This document shows, one piece after another, positions 1-12,460 of a stretch of 64,000 nucleotides of DNA (position 1 is the first letter of the stretch; each line of letters starts with the position of its first letter). The position numbers and the translations under genes were made by a program. The notes beneath the pieces were generated by a model, which was not told the origin of the DNA, made no database searches, and saw nothing but the letters and a program-made list of their open reading frames with translations. Location: assembly GCF_009834535.1 (NCBI RefSeq), contig NC_045696.1, positions 10,108,001 through 10,172,000 of the forward strand, read 5' to 3'. The DNA comes from Camelus ferus (taxonomy: Eukaryota).

Positions 1-710
1 CTAGAGGTTGTAATCAATGCAGTTAAGACAAAGAGAAATAAAAGGCATATACATTGGAAAGTAAGATATAAAGTTATCTTTATTCACAATGTTTATGCAT
101 TTAGAAATTCTAAGGAAACTACGATAAAGCTATTAGGACTAATAAATGAGCTAAACAGTATCACAGATATAAGGTCACTATAAAAATGAATTATTTCTAA
201 ATACTGGCATCAAACGGTAGTAAATTAAAGTTAAAATACATTACACACAATAGCATCAAAACCTCTATATAGTTAGGGCTGAACTTTACAAAATACGTAC
301 AAAACTTGTACACTGAAAACTACAAAACACTGCTGGAAGAAATTTGTAACAACCCAAATAAAATTGAGAGATATCATAGGACTCAATATTATTAAGATGT
401 CAACTCTTCCCATACTGATCTATAAACTCAGTGGAATTCCAATAAAAATCCTAAGTACTTTTGTAAAAACTGACATGCTGATTTTAAGGCTTATGTGGAA
501 ATGTAAAGGGCCTAAATAGGCAAAATAATTTGAAAAAGAAAAATATTGAGGAACTCATACTACTTGATTTCAAAAATTATTATGAAACTAAAATTATCAA
601 CTGAGTGAAATACTGGTGAAAGGACAGACACAGATCAGTGGAATAGAACAGAGTCTAGAAAAGATTTTTACAAACGTGGTCAATTGATTATCAACAAGCT
701 ACCAACTATT
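1..710 (+). mobile_element. Old L1 (L1M-type) ORF2 fragment, decayed
   Basis: A-rich sequence with L1 ORF2-like motifs (ggactcaatattattaagatgtca, gatcagtggaatagaacagag). Confidence 0.85.
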
Positions 711-789
711 CTCTATACATAAATCTCCAGAACTCCCCCTAATATACTTAACTGCACTTATTTACTTGTGCTTAACACGATAAAGGCAA

Positions 790-1375
790 AGTCCTGTAAG
801 TGGACTACAGGTCCTATATGATCCAGCCTACCTGCTACACCCACAGCAGTCTCCTTGCTGAAACTGACATCAAAGAGATGGGCTACAGCCTCAGGTCTTC
901 TGCACTGCTGTTCCCCTACCTAGAACTTGCTCTGCCAGATAGCCACTTGGCTCAACCACTCATCTCTTTTAAGTCTTTGCTCAAGCAGCACCCTCAGAGA
1001 GAGGCATTTCTTGACCACCTCATTTAAAATCACAGCCCTCCTTACTGCTGAGAATTCTCTAACTCCTCCCTACTCACTCTCCACAGCACTTTTCATTTTC
1101 TAATAGATTACATACTTGTCTTATTTCATTAGTGCCTGTCTCCCCTGAAACAGAGGGTAAGCTCCATGAGGGAAGGCTCTTTGTCTCTGCTATCCACTGC
1201 TGGATCCTCAGTTTTTACCAGAGCTTGCACCGTGCCAGCACGCAGCAGTGTCAGCAAGTGTGCTGAGTTACTAGACAACCTATTTTCAGGCAATGACCGT
1301 GTCTATTTTGTCTTCCCTTCCCAGCGCCTAGCAGATGCTTGATGTTTGCTGAGTGAATAAATGAATGAAATGAAT
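790..1375 (+). mobile_element. L2 LINE 3' fragment
   Basis: taagctccatgagggaagg motif and terminal gaataaatgaatgaa repeat typical of L2 3' ends. Confidence 0.75.
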
Positions 1376-1425
1376 CAGAGAAAGGCATGGAAGCCAAAAA
1401 GCTACTAAGGGACATGTTTTCTCAC

Positions 1426-1566
1426 CTGTAATTGTTGCTGTAGATGGGTGATTTCAGCAATTCTCAACTCTCTAGATTTGTTCGTGCTCTCAATCTCTTG
1501 CCTCTGGGTCGTCAATCGACATCTGATATCCTGAAGTTTTCCTTCTAGTTGATGCTTTTTATCATT
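1426..1566 (-). CDS. ITSN1: ITSN1 exon 14 (141 nt), [47 protein letters not shown]
   Basis: Acceptor gttaaag, donor gtgaga; ORF 1405..1608. Confidence 0.97.
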
Positions 1567-1652
1567 CTTTAACAGATGAAAAATAATAAGAATGATTAGT
1601 ATTTTCATGGCTCAGTGTAAGCAGATTCTCAAAGCATAATCAAACCACTCAC

Positions 1653-1802
1653 TAGAGCTTCTAATTCAAATTCCAAAGTCTTCTTCTTTGCTTTTAGCAC
1701 AACTATGTCCTCTTGTTCTTTGTTTCTTTGATTTAATAGTTCTTGTCTCCGGTTCCGTTCCCATTCAAGTTGTCGTTGCCTTTCAAGCTCCCGTTTTGCA
1801 GC
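1653..1802 (-). CDS. ITSN1: ITSN1 exon 13 (150 nt), [23 protein letters not shown]...EFELEAL
   Basis: Acceptor tcacag, donor gtgagt; ORF 1629..1853. Confidence 0.97.
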
Positions 1803-3084
1803 CTGTGACAGACATAGACGATTTATTAATTTTTTATTTCTTACACTATACAATATCGCTTAATAAACTTTACATCTAGTAAGTCTTTTCTTTTAGGGGT
1901 TAAATATTATTAAATATTAAAAGAAATTTTTATTATAAAATAGCAAAAAAAATTTTTGGACAAGTGCGGGAAAAAAGAGAATACTTAGGCTAATATAGTT
2001 GAGAACAGGCAGGATTGTCTCAGTATTGACATTCAATTCTTTATGCCTTTAAGGATGCTTGATGTAAATAAACCTGCTCTCCCTTATTCACTGACTCATA
2101 AAAAACAAGGAACATTTCTTTAATCTAGTAAAATCAAACCAAAACCTCCAGAACAAAAAATAAAACCAAAAAAGCATTCTCCCACCAAATGAGTAATTAT
2201 TATTTCTTTTGGCACATGGCAAGTTATTATTTAGCTCAAGTTTTAAATTGTGACCCCCATCTCCCTCCTCATTCATTTCCTTTTCACCACAGAAGGATCT
2301 GTAATTTCTCTGGCAACGTCAGCTCTCTTCAACTCTGACTGAGATGACTGCTAGGCAGGGTATCTGTCAGAGAACCTGGTACTCTTTATTGTATTGCAGT
2401 TGTTCAATTGCTTCTTACATCCCTGTGCTCCAACTGCACAGTAAGGGCCTGGAAGACAGGTGGAGTACTTATCCACCACGACATCTCCAGGGACTATCAA
2501 TGCCTGGCACATAGTAAATGCCAATTAAATAATTCTGAATAAACGCTCTAAAATGTCTTTTTTTTTTCAAACACTGAAGAAGGGAAGACTGTCTTTTGGC
2601 TGTCATTCTAGAAATGAAAATCCTGTTAGTATCTGTGCGTGTCTGCCTAAATAAAAGGCAGCTTATGGTTACAAGTTTTCTAAAGCAACCATCAGGGGAT
2701 AAAGTATTTTTTAATAAAGAAAAATTCCCCATCTTTAAAATACCTTTCATTCACACAAGAGAGAATCATGGCATTGCCTCTGTAACAATATACTAAAATT
2801 GGAAAGACAGACAAGAGATTGGCTTTGCCCCTATCCAGGTATGGTACCAAATTTAGGAAGCTTTCCGTAAAATACAGAGATGATGCCTAGACATCTATTT
2901 TAAAGGTGGGGGTGCAGAACAATATAATTAGTATGATACCATTATAGTGGTTAAAAAAAATTACACTAAACCCCAACCTTTCTACCATATCAATCTTTTT
3001 ATTTCTACATATGTATATCAATGCAGAAAAAAGGTTGGGAAAAAATTCTTAACTGATACCAGTAGTTTGCGACAAGGCTGCATT

Positions 3085-3525
3085 ATCAAAAACTAGTACA
3101 TGAATGCTCATAGCAGTATTATTCATAATAGCCAAAAAGTAGAAACAACCCCCAAATGTCCATCACCTAATGAATGGATAACTAAAATGTGGTCTATCCA
3201 TGGAATGGAATATTATTCAGCCATAAAAAGTAATAAAGTATTGATTCACGCTATAGCTTAGATGAACCTTGAAAATGTTATGCTCAGTGAAAGCCAGACA
3301 CAAAAGGCCACATATTCTATGATTCCATTTATACAAAATGTCCAAAATAGGCAAAGCAATAGAGATAGGAAGTAGATTCGCGGTTGTTAAGGTCAGGGAG
3401 GAGGGGGAATGGGAGTAACTGCTTAGTGGGTATGTACGGAGTTCCTACCAGGGGTGATAAATTACTGGGAATGGTTACATAACTTCGTGACTAACTAAAA
3501 CTACTGAGTTGTAAAATGAAAAAAA
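3085..3525 (+). mobile_element. L1MB-type 3' end
   Basis: gaatgctcatagcagtattattcataatagccaaaaagtagaaacaacc and gccagacacaaaaggccacata motifs. Confidence 0.85.
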
Positions 3526-3603
3526 AGGCTGTATTAATTTATTACTTGGACAATTCTGAAAAAGCGCACATGCTAATTACGGGGCTGCGTCACAGCTGCT
3601 CAC

Positions 3604-3866
3604 CTCTCGTCTCTCGATTTCTTTCCTCCGCTCCTCCTCCCTCTGCCGTTCTAGTTCCCGCTGCTTTTCCAGTTGCTTCTCCAGCTCCAGTTGTCTTTTG
3701 CGCTCTTGCTCCTGGCGCTCCCGCTCCTTCCGCTCCTGCTCCGCCCGCTCCAGCTGGGCCAGGCGCTCCTGCTCTTTGCGCTGCTGCTCCAAGAGCGCTT
3801 GTCTCCGCTTCTCCAGTTCCAGATTGCCGCGCTCGAAGTTCTCACGCTTCTTATCCTCAAACGTGA
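3604..3866 (-). CDS. ITSN1: ITSN1 exon 12 (263 nt), [32 protein letters not shown]...RKEIERRE (coiled coil)
   Basis: Acceptor tttaaag, donor gtgagc; ORF 3577..3792. Confidence 0.97.
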
Positions 3867-3908
3867 CTTTAAAACAAGAAACAACAGGGAGGGAAAGTGA
3901 TTTTCAGG

Positions 3909-4036
3909 TAGTAAGGGTATAGCTCAGCGGTAGAGCGCTTGCTTAGCACGGAAAATGTCCTGGGTCCAATCCCTAGTACCTCCATTAAAAATAAATAAAT
4001 GAAACCTAATTACCCTGCCCAGAAAGAACCCACAAA
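3909..4036 (+). mobile_element. tRNA-Ala-derived SINE (Vic-1-like), copy 1
   Basis: A-box tagctcagcggtagagc, B-box-like ggtccaatccc, AATAAA-rich tail. Confidence 0.85.
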
Positions 4037-4219
4037 GTTGTGCTTTTCAACATACTATTGTCAAAGGAAAAGCTCAATGGTATATTTGAAATGTGTAGTG
4101 TTAACTGCAAACCAGAGCTCTCTAAGCTGCCTTCCGCCTTGCCCTCACTGAAGATGCCCTCCTTTTAAATGCTCTCCACCTAACCTCTTGTTTACATATT
4201 CTCCCCTCCAGGAGGAACG

Positions 4220-4268
4220 CCAAATCATGGTGTTCAAAACACCAAATCATGGTGTTCAAAACACCAAA
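4220..4268. repeat. 22-bp tandem duplication (ccaaatcatggtgttcaaaaca x2.2)
   Basis: Two exact adjacent copies read directly from the sequence. Confidence 0.9.
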
Positions 4269-5094
4269 CGTGATTTCTAGAATAATCTCTCGACAGCAAT
4301 TCTGCATCATCGCTCCATCTCCATTCCTTCTCTGTTCTCTGCCCTTTCCCTTTTCTATGACTTTGATTTCAGCACCTGACCCCCATCCCTTTCATACATG
4401 AATCTCTCCCTTTCAACCTTTTTTTCCCTTTGCTTAAAACTGTGCTGATGTGGCTTCAATCTTAACATGATGCTTTCTGAAAGCAGAGGTAGGAAGGTAA
4501 GTACCCTGTGTTTCACACTGAAGAGCAAGTTGTGCCCTAATTGTTAGGTAGATGATATTCTGTAAATAATTTTTTCTAACCCATTATTCGGTTTCCGTCT
4601 TTCAGAACACCAATTACGAATTTTAGATCTATTCCCAGGTCAATTATTTTTTTCTCTAATCCTTGCTAACACTGTTTACATCCACTTTATTTTACTTAAA
4701 AAATTTCCATCCTCCATGTCTCTTACTATGTTTTCAGCAGTGTCTATTCAATTTTGTGTTTGCCTCGCATGCGTCCTTGGAGCCAACCCAGACAAGGGAA
4801 CCTCTCACTGCCAGCCTGTGTAGCATGCCATCCCATTGTTTCCTGATCTATTTCAAGAATTTTCCTTTCATACTTTGCCTTCAGATGTGTGGCTGTGAGC
4901 ATCCATTCTTGGCTTCTTCCCACATTCCTGCCTGGCCTTCACTGCTTTAGACAGACTTCCCTTACACACAGTAGTTAGGGATTAGAGGTCAAAGATGCAA
5001 ATAAATTTCATTTTCTTGTTCTGCTTGCTCCTTTAATGATTTCAGAGGAGGCAGCATCCCTTTTACTCCTGCTACCTTAAAACTGAAAGTCCCC

Positions 5095-5310
5095 TCAGCC
5101 AGAGAAAAGAATGAAGTAATGATACATACTACAATGTGAATGAATCGCAAAAATATTATGCTAAGTGAAAAAAGTCAGACATAAAAAAGTCACCAACTGC
5201 ATCACACCATTTATATGAAATATCCAGAATAGGTAAATCCAAAGAGACAGGAAGCAGATTGGTAATTTCCAGGGGCTGGGGGAAAGGGAGAACAGAGAGT
5301 GACTAGGTAA
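5095..5310 (+). mobile_element. L1MB-type 3' end fragment
   Basis: tatgctaagtgaaaaaagtcagaca and tatccagaataggtaaatcca motifs. Confidence 0.8.
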
Positions 5311-5316
5311 GGCCAA

Positions 5317-5650
5317 TGTCGTGGACTGAATGTTTTCTACCCTACCAATTCATGTGTTGAAGCCCTAAGCCCCAGTGGGTGATATTTGGAGATGGGACCG
5401 TTGTAGCCAGGGGTTAAGATAAGGTCCTAACAATGGGGCCCTCATTATGAATTAGTGGCCTTACAAAAAAAGGAAGAGAAAGCTATCCTTTTCTTTTCAT
5501 GTGCACACACCAAGGAAAGACCACATGAGGACATAGTGAGAATGCAGCCATCTGCAAGTTGGGAAGAGCGCCCTCACCAGGAACAGAATTGAACGGCTAC
5601 CCTGATCTTGGACTTCCTGTTTTCCAGAACTGTGAGAAGCAAGTGTCCTC
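5317..5650 (+). mobile_element. MaLR MLT1A-like solo LTR, 3' truncated
   Basis: Starts tgtcgtggactgaatg; contains gatcttggacttcc...ccagaactgtgaga. Confidence 0.85.
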
Positions 5651-6273
5651 AGCAAGTCAATTATCCCTTAAACACTTAAAATACAGCAAAATGACACTGA
5701 CAAGGGTAACATAAAGGGACTCTATAATACATGTCATTAGTACTTCTGAATATCAATCCGCATCTCATCATTAATAATTCATAACTACCACAGAATATTT
5801 TAACAGTGTGATGATTTATCATTATAAATGATGATAATTTAAATTAGGTTCATACTAAATTTAAAATAGCTTCTTGTTATCAAGGAGCTTCCAATTCTCT
5901 AACAACATGAGAAAATAACAGTGGGCAATTTTACATTCTGCTTCTGCAGTGGTATTAAGCAACCACCTGAAAAGCTTATCAAGTTTGAGTGTTTTACAGA
6001 TAACATTTATAAAATTTCTGTTAAGTGGTAAATAATCAGACCTCAATTTAAAAGCTAGAACAAGGGTGCAGTAGCAGAATACATAATGTTCTTATTTCTA
6101 TACATATATTCAAATCCCAAAGTGTATTAAAAGTGTCTTCTTTCTGACTAAGGTGAAGTTAAAGGAACATAGTAGCAAGAATGTCAAAACCTAAATTTAC
6201 TTTTACCTCCATCTTTGCCTTACAAATAGAAAATCTCTAATAAGCTACAAGTCAAATATAAAGACTGGCTTAC

Positions 6274-6389
6274 CAGGTAGTTTCTTTTCTAGTTGTTGCT
6301 GTTCGTCTTCTAAAACTGGTTCCTCCGGTAACCTCTGATCTACCGATGTTGAGCTTATGACAGATATCCCACTGCCAGATCGAACTCTT
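6274..6389 (-). CDS. ITSN1: ITSN1 exon 11 (116 nt), [38 protein letters not shown]
   Basis: T-rich tract with ttgcag acceptor, donor gtaagc; ORF 6245..6436. Confidence 0.96.
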
Positions 6390-7779
6390 CTGCAATTGCA
6401 AAAAAAAAGAAAAAAGAAAAAAATAAATGGATTCACGTAAAGCTGCCGAGGAAGAACTGAGCAAATTATGAATAAAAATTTTTAAAGATTATGTCACGTA
6501 GCATGGAGTAAATTTCATTTTTAGTGAGGAAAAGATAAAGATTTGGTCTTTTCTAGTTACAAAGAGCTTTTAAAAAATGAATATCTGAACATCATCAAAC
6601 TCTGAGTGCCAAACTTGTTCAAACGTTTAGAATCATCAATAAAATGAAGGCAATTCCAAAGGATGAAATCAGCTACTCATCACCAAGTGGCTAGGGCGGC
6701 ACCTGGGACGGAGCGACTGTGCGCTGTTATCACCTCTATGGAACATTAAATTCCTCCCAGGGAAGATTCGCAGCTCAGCTAACTGGGAGCGTCTCTTTTC
6801 CCTTTAAGAAGTCTCTCCATTTTCTCTCTTAATCAACACACGAAATGCCTACACTTCATAGTCCTTAAAACAAATCGCTTAGTTTACTGATTACTTTCAC
6901 TTCACACCACTAATCTTGTTCTTTTAAACCAATCTGCCTATCTTCTTTTTATGCTTTTTTATCAGCTCTCAGTGTTAAGTGTCTCTTGTAGTGATTCCTG
7001 TAGCTGTGAGATCTTACAAACTGCCCAGCTACCAGTCTCTTTCTGCACAGTCACAGCTCTCTCCGCTTTCCTGTACCGTGAATGTGCAAACAGCGATGAC
7101 TCCATTTCTCTTACTTTTATGGGGCCTTTCCCACCAGTCTTTCCTGACATTTGAGTGATTAGGGCAGAAATTCTCATCTGTGTTTCTTTTGCTCTTCTTT
7201 ACACTTGAAAAGTCTCAAATTTGTCCTTTAAGTTAAAGCCTTAAGATGTAGTTGTCTGGGAGGTGTGTATGTGTGCAGACATATGGAGGTGGAGGACACC
7301 GGTCACTGCAGATTCCTCCCAACTGGACCCTGATCTACCCTCTCAACGTCTCCACTGAGATTGCATTTCAGACCACAATTTTCTTTAATTATCTTCCTGA
7401 TCATAGTTTCTGCATTGCCAGCATTTTGTTATCTCTCAAATATATAGAATTCATAGGCAGAATCTCCTAGATTTATTTTCTGTGTACAGGTTGATACGGT
7501 TTAACTGCTAAAGTTTTGTTGAGCTTCTATAATATGGACTGTCTCAAAAATCACCATTTTTTTTTAGGTTTTACTTGATTATTTTGCTCATATACTGTAA
7601 ATAAAGAACAGAACAGGCAAAGATTAACACAGAACCTACAGAAGATTGTCTTGAATTCATGGATAGATTCATTTACCTGCCGGGAATAAAAATGACTGTA
7701 AGATACACAGCCTGCAAAGCCAAGTTTGAAATTCACATGCTCAGCACACAATTTCTTTTAAGAGGCAAATGTTCCTTAC

Positions 7780-7917
7780 CTAAAGGAGGGTGGAATGTAT
7801 TCTGGAGGCAGGACCGGTGGCAGTGGTTGGCCAGACATGGCTACATCAATTAGGTGCATAGCCAGGATAAACTCTTCTGCTGTGAGTTTTCCATCTTGAT
7901 CAATGTCAGAAAGATTC
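7780..7917 (-). CDS. ITSN1: ITSN1 exon 10 (138 nt), [45 protein letters not shown] (EH2 EF-hand)
   Basis: Acceptor gaacag, donor gtaagg; in frame. Confidence 0.96.
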
Positions 7918-8229
7918 CTGTTCAACAAAAAGTTAACTGTAATCTAGTTTCGTGAAAGTGCTTGCTTGTTACTATTCATGAGTGACTTAAACGTTCTATT
8001 TTCTTATTCTGACTCCAGGCCAACTGAGTCTCACAGTGCCTCAGTTTATAAAAGTAGTACCTGTTTCATACCACTGTAGAAAAGACAAAATGAGACAATC
8101 CTCCTAGTTGGGATGGTGTTCAGCATTCAACAAATGTCAACTATGATTGTAATCACATTCTTCTCAATCCTTGCAAACTCATTTAAAATGTATTATACTC
8201 ATATTCCACGTGTCTTTAAACACTACGCT

Positions 8230-8430
8230 CTGTGAAGTATCAGGTCAGAGAGTAAATACTTAAGCTTTGCTGTACACACAATTTCTATCACACTGAATTC
8301 TACTGTTGAGCAGGAGAGCAGCCATAGATAATATACAAATAATTGAATGGGCATGGTTGTTTTTAAAATAAAACTTCATTTAGAAAAATAGGTGCAGGCC
8401 AGATTCAGCTCGGTGGACCAACCCCTGATC
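8230..8430. mobile_element. MER58-like hAT DNA transposon
   Basis: gcagccatagataatatacaaat and aataaaacttcattta motifs; ends ccaacccctg. Confidence 0.7.
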
Positions 8431-8816
8431 CAGACCTACAGGGGGTGGATCTTTATGGCCTCCAGCCACAGAGGAAAGGTATTTTCTGCTCCTTAATCTC
8501 AGCATTCAATTGCTACCATTCTTCGTAATCAACTTGCTCTAGGACCTAAGTAAACAGATTTTTTACCAAGTTGCAGAATCTGATTTTACTTCACAACTTC
8601 TGGACACTAAAAGAGGACACAAGGCCACAAAGCTGTTCACCAAAACGCCAACAGGACAGATGTTACGCTGGGCGACTGGCTTTGCTGATGCCATAAATCA
8701 AGAAACTCCTCTTAAATCTGAAATTCCTCAGGTGCCATAACCTCTTTTTCTTCCTTTTACAGGTAAAATTTCCTTATAGTAACATTTGCCCCTTTTAGAA
8801 TATAGTTCTGCAAATA

Positions 8817-8913
8817 TTTTTTGTTTTTAATTTTTGAATGGAGGTACTGGGGATTGAACCTAGGACTTCATGCATGCTGAGCATGTGCTCTACCACTGAG
8901 CTTTACTCACCCC
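8817..8913 (-). mobile_element. tRNA-Ala-derived SINE (Vic-1-like), copy 2
   Basis: Reverse complement of the tRNA head: ggaggtactggggattgaacc...ctaccactgagc. Confidence 0.9.
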
Positions 8914-9896
8914 ACCCTCCAACCCCCACCAGCAAGTTTTGACAAACATTCAGTTGCGTAACTACTACAATATATAGAACAGTTTGATGATCACCCCAAA
9001 TTCCCCCATGTCTCTTTACAGTCACCCCTTCCTTTGCCCCCAGCCCCAGCAACCACTGATCTCTTTCCTGCCCCTCTAGCTTTGCCTTCTCCAGACCGGC
9101 CAGACTCCTATTTTTAAGCAGAACAGAGTCACAAATGAAAACCCTGCCTGTTTCACCCTGTTCTCTCTTCCTTCCCATGCCCCACCACTGCCCACTCCTA
9201 GGTAAGTGTGATTAAATTCCTGTTTTTCCCCCACACTCGCCTAAAGAGTGGCTGTAAATATTTAAAGCATCTGTTTATCATGTAGAAGAATATAATATTC
9301 TAGTAGGAGAAGACTCAAATATTTTTTTTCAATGAGGGCAGGTTATAAATGAGAAACTTAAACATTTCATTATATTCTAGAGTCATGAGAACCACCAACC
9401 TCAAAAATGTTAGGTCTTCAGTGTTTATTTCAGAGAGCCCTAGGATACCGAAACACACCCAGACTTAAAGAAGTCTGGATGTGTCATAGATATAAGATGT
9501 TTATTAACTGATCTATTATTATCCTATTGCAAAAGGCAGACCCTTTAATACAAAGCAGAAGGGACCAGGATGGGCCAAGAGAGCGGCACTACAGCTTGTT
9601 CATTTATGGAACAACCACATCAACGTACCTGCAGCATAATCACAAACCTAGCAGGTAAACCGTATAGACCGGGTTTATTTTCCAGGCAGAATCAATGGAT
9701 AACACATAACTGAGAGATACATACTTCTTAAGATATCATTTTAGTCAACATTTAAATGTAAGGAGCCCTGTAGGAATTAGGCAATGTTCACTAATAGCTA
9801 CTAAAAATCATTACAAAATAGACAAAGAGACATTTATGCACCTCCTGAAAAGTACACTGTAACTTCTCTGATGTAATTCAAACTTGAATCTGATGA

Positions 9897-10108
9897 GTGC
9901 TTCTCAACCACTGACTGATTTTTGTACTGCACACTGATTTGTCAGTGTCTGGAGACACTTCTGATTGTCACAGCTGGGGGTAGGGATTATGTTACTACAG
10001 TAGGAGGAGGCCAGAGATGCTACTTAACAATCTACAATCCACAGAAGAGCCCCCGACAACAGAGTAACCGGGCCTAAAACGTCAGTAGAATGGAGGTGGA
10101 GAAACCTT
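9897..10108. mobile_element. MER20-like hAT DNA transposon
   Basis: gtgcttctcaacc...tgtctggagaca...gaggccagagatgct...gagaaacc. Confidence 0.8.
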
Positions 10109-10207
10109 TCCCTAGATCTAATTACCAATCTACCGGAAATACAAGACTGAATCAAAATCACAAGGATGCAGCCATCAAAAGTTAGACTATAAGAAACTAC
10201 AGGACAA

Positions 10208-10305
10208 CGAATTTATGTATGTATATGCAAGACTGGGACGTTGTGCTGTGCACCAGAGACTGACACATTGTAACCGACAGCACTTCAATTAAAAAACAAA
10301 AAGAA
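10208..10305 (+). mobile_element. Short 5'-truncated lineage L1 3' end with 17-bp TSD, inserted in an older L1 remnant (about 10110-10800)
   Basis: TSD aagaaacta(c/t)aggacaa at 10191-10207 and 10306-10322; tgctgtgcaccagagactgacacattgtaa followed by an A-tail. Confidence 0.85.
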
Positions 10306-10975
10306 AAGAAACTATAGGACAAATGATCTGGGGGTTTTTCCAGGGGTGAGGTGGGAAAGGATTAGAGAACAAGACAAGCAGGAATTTTTAGGTTAAAGAC
10401 TTAAATAAAAGAGGTATCAACCAACTGTTACAAAATATAGGTATATTTCAGTCCTGATTTGAACAAATCGACTATAAAAAATTATGAAGTAATCTAAGGA
10501 ATTTAAATATTATCTGATTAACTTACTGATAAGAATTAGTATTAAAAGTTTCAGTACTTCAATACTCTATTACTATTCGTATTATAGTCATGTAGAAAAA
10601 AAATCCCTATGTCTTTTGGAGATACAAGCAAAAATATTTACAGATGAAAATGATACAATGACAGATGTGACTTCAAATAATTGAAAGGAGGAAGGGAGAA
10701 CCAGAGTTAGCAGTGAACTGAGACTTACTTAAAGTGTGCTGAGTTCTTGAGAATTCATTATATTAATCTATTTTTGTATTTTTCAAAATCAAAAGGGGAA
10801 AAAGAGAGGTAATCATGACCTTTAATGAGGTAATCTTACAGCTCACTGAAAAGTAAGTACACTCCATATACTCCATTATAAATAACAGTATTAACCTAAA
10901 GATTCATGAGGCCATATCAATTTAAGAAACAAAGTTTCCACTTTATGCAAACCAAGGAGATTTTTCATTCCTTAC

Positions 10976-11039
10976 CATATTGAAGCCAGCTGAGCCTGTG
11001 GTAAACTTGACTGCATAAGAATAGTTCTTGCTTGAGGAC
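10976..11039 (-). CDS. ITSN1: ITSN1 exon 9 (64 nt), [21 protein letters not shown] (EH2)
   Basis: Acceptor gtttag, donor gtaagg; same length and phases as the homologous EH1 exon 4. Confidence 0.96.
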
Positions 11040-12243
11040 CTAAACAAAAACCGGGAAAAAAATAAAAGATGAATTAGCAAACCTTCACTGTCTAGGCAGA
11101 TCAGTGTTCTGTATGCATACCGTGCAATCTCGTGCAATGACAGTGCTTGAAACAATATTTGCTACTACCTAAAGGGCTTTTATAAAGGAAAACAAGCCCC
11201 AATGAAAAAGGGGAGAAACACGCAGCACAGCACAGCATCTGGCATATTGTCAATACATTTTTGTTCAATGGATATTTCATAAAGAATGAGTATGTAAGAG
11301 TTTAGAGTTTCAAAACATAACGTGCTCTTTTGTCCAAGTTACCGTCTCTATTTGTATTGGGTTTTTATTTACCAAGCTGAAGCTTATTCTCTCTAAATTC
11401 AACATCTGCCACCACCTGAAGCCTCCACCTGATGACTGTCAAATTCAGACAAGATTCAAAGAATCTTAGAGGAGGAAGGGACCTTAGAGAGAACTCTTCT
11501 ACCCATTCCATTACACAAACAAACAAACAAACAAAAATAGACTTGCTCAAGTTTATACAAATGGCTAATATCACAGCCATTTCCTAGGTTAGCGATAAAG
11601 AAGAATTCCTGGAATTTCAACTCTCCTCTCAAAATCAGCCCTCATTTCTTAAAAGACTTGTAAATGTCTTTATTTCTGGCATGAAACTAGCCTTAGATAC
11701 CAGACAAAGGCTATGTGTCTGGTGTTGTGTGTTTAAATAAACCAGTGTCATGGAGAGACAAATGCCTTATTCTACCATTGACTCCCAAGGTGTGGTCCCA
11801 GGATGACAGGTAGACCAAGGAATGGAAAGTGGTAGAAACTGTGTTGGGACGATAACCACCTATAAAATTTTGCTTGTTCTGTGGTTTTGCTGGAATGAGG
11901 AAAGTTCACCGATCATTGTATTTCGTCTCTATCACTGTATTTAAAATGTTGGCAACATGGCAACATTAAAGCAGAATTGGCAAAACGTTAGTGAATGATT
12001 TACTTGACACTTAAAACAATTCTGCCTACTTCAGAACTATATAAAAGAAAGTTCGTATTTCATCTACTCTCAGTAAAAAGTGTAACGAGACATGAAAAGA
12101 ACAAGCCCTGGACCTGGATGTCGGGAGATATGGATTCCAGTTCTGACTTTTCCACTCCCTAATGACATGTGACATTAACAAAACTACTTTCCTCTCTAAG
12201 AGGAAGTTCCTTTGTATCTGAAATGAGGGAAATGATCTAGAAC

Positions 12244-12460
12244 AGAGATTGACAAACCACAGCCCATCGGCCATACTGGGCCTGCCACCTGCTTTTGTAA
12301 AGTTTTACTGAAACATAGCCACACCCATTCACTTAAGCACAATATGTGGATGGCGGCTTTCGTACTTCAACAGCTAAGCTGAGCAGTTACGATAGCGTAG
12401 GACTGCAAGCCTAAAATGTTTACTGTTTTGCTCTTTAGCGAAACAGCCCATCGAGCCCTG
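12244..12460. mobile_element. MER58-like hAT DNA transposon, opposite orientation to the 8.2-kb copy; a MIR lies just upstream (about 12090-12235)
   Basis: gcctgccacctgcttttgtaaagttttactgaaacatagccaca motif. Confidence 0.75.

Noticed and set aside
3516..3922. Plus-strand ORFs (116, 75 and 74 aa) and an alternative-frame minus ORF over exon 12
   Set aside because: These are shadows of the low-complexity coiled-coil exon, with no independent coding evidence.
6951..7177. Protein-looking 71-aa minus ORF in intron 10
   Set aside because: No recognisable homology or convincing splice sites, and exons 10 and 11 already join in frame.
8230..12460. Inverted MER58-like pair flanking exon 9
   Set aside because: Ancient, heavily diverged copies that are unlikely to pair.
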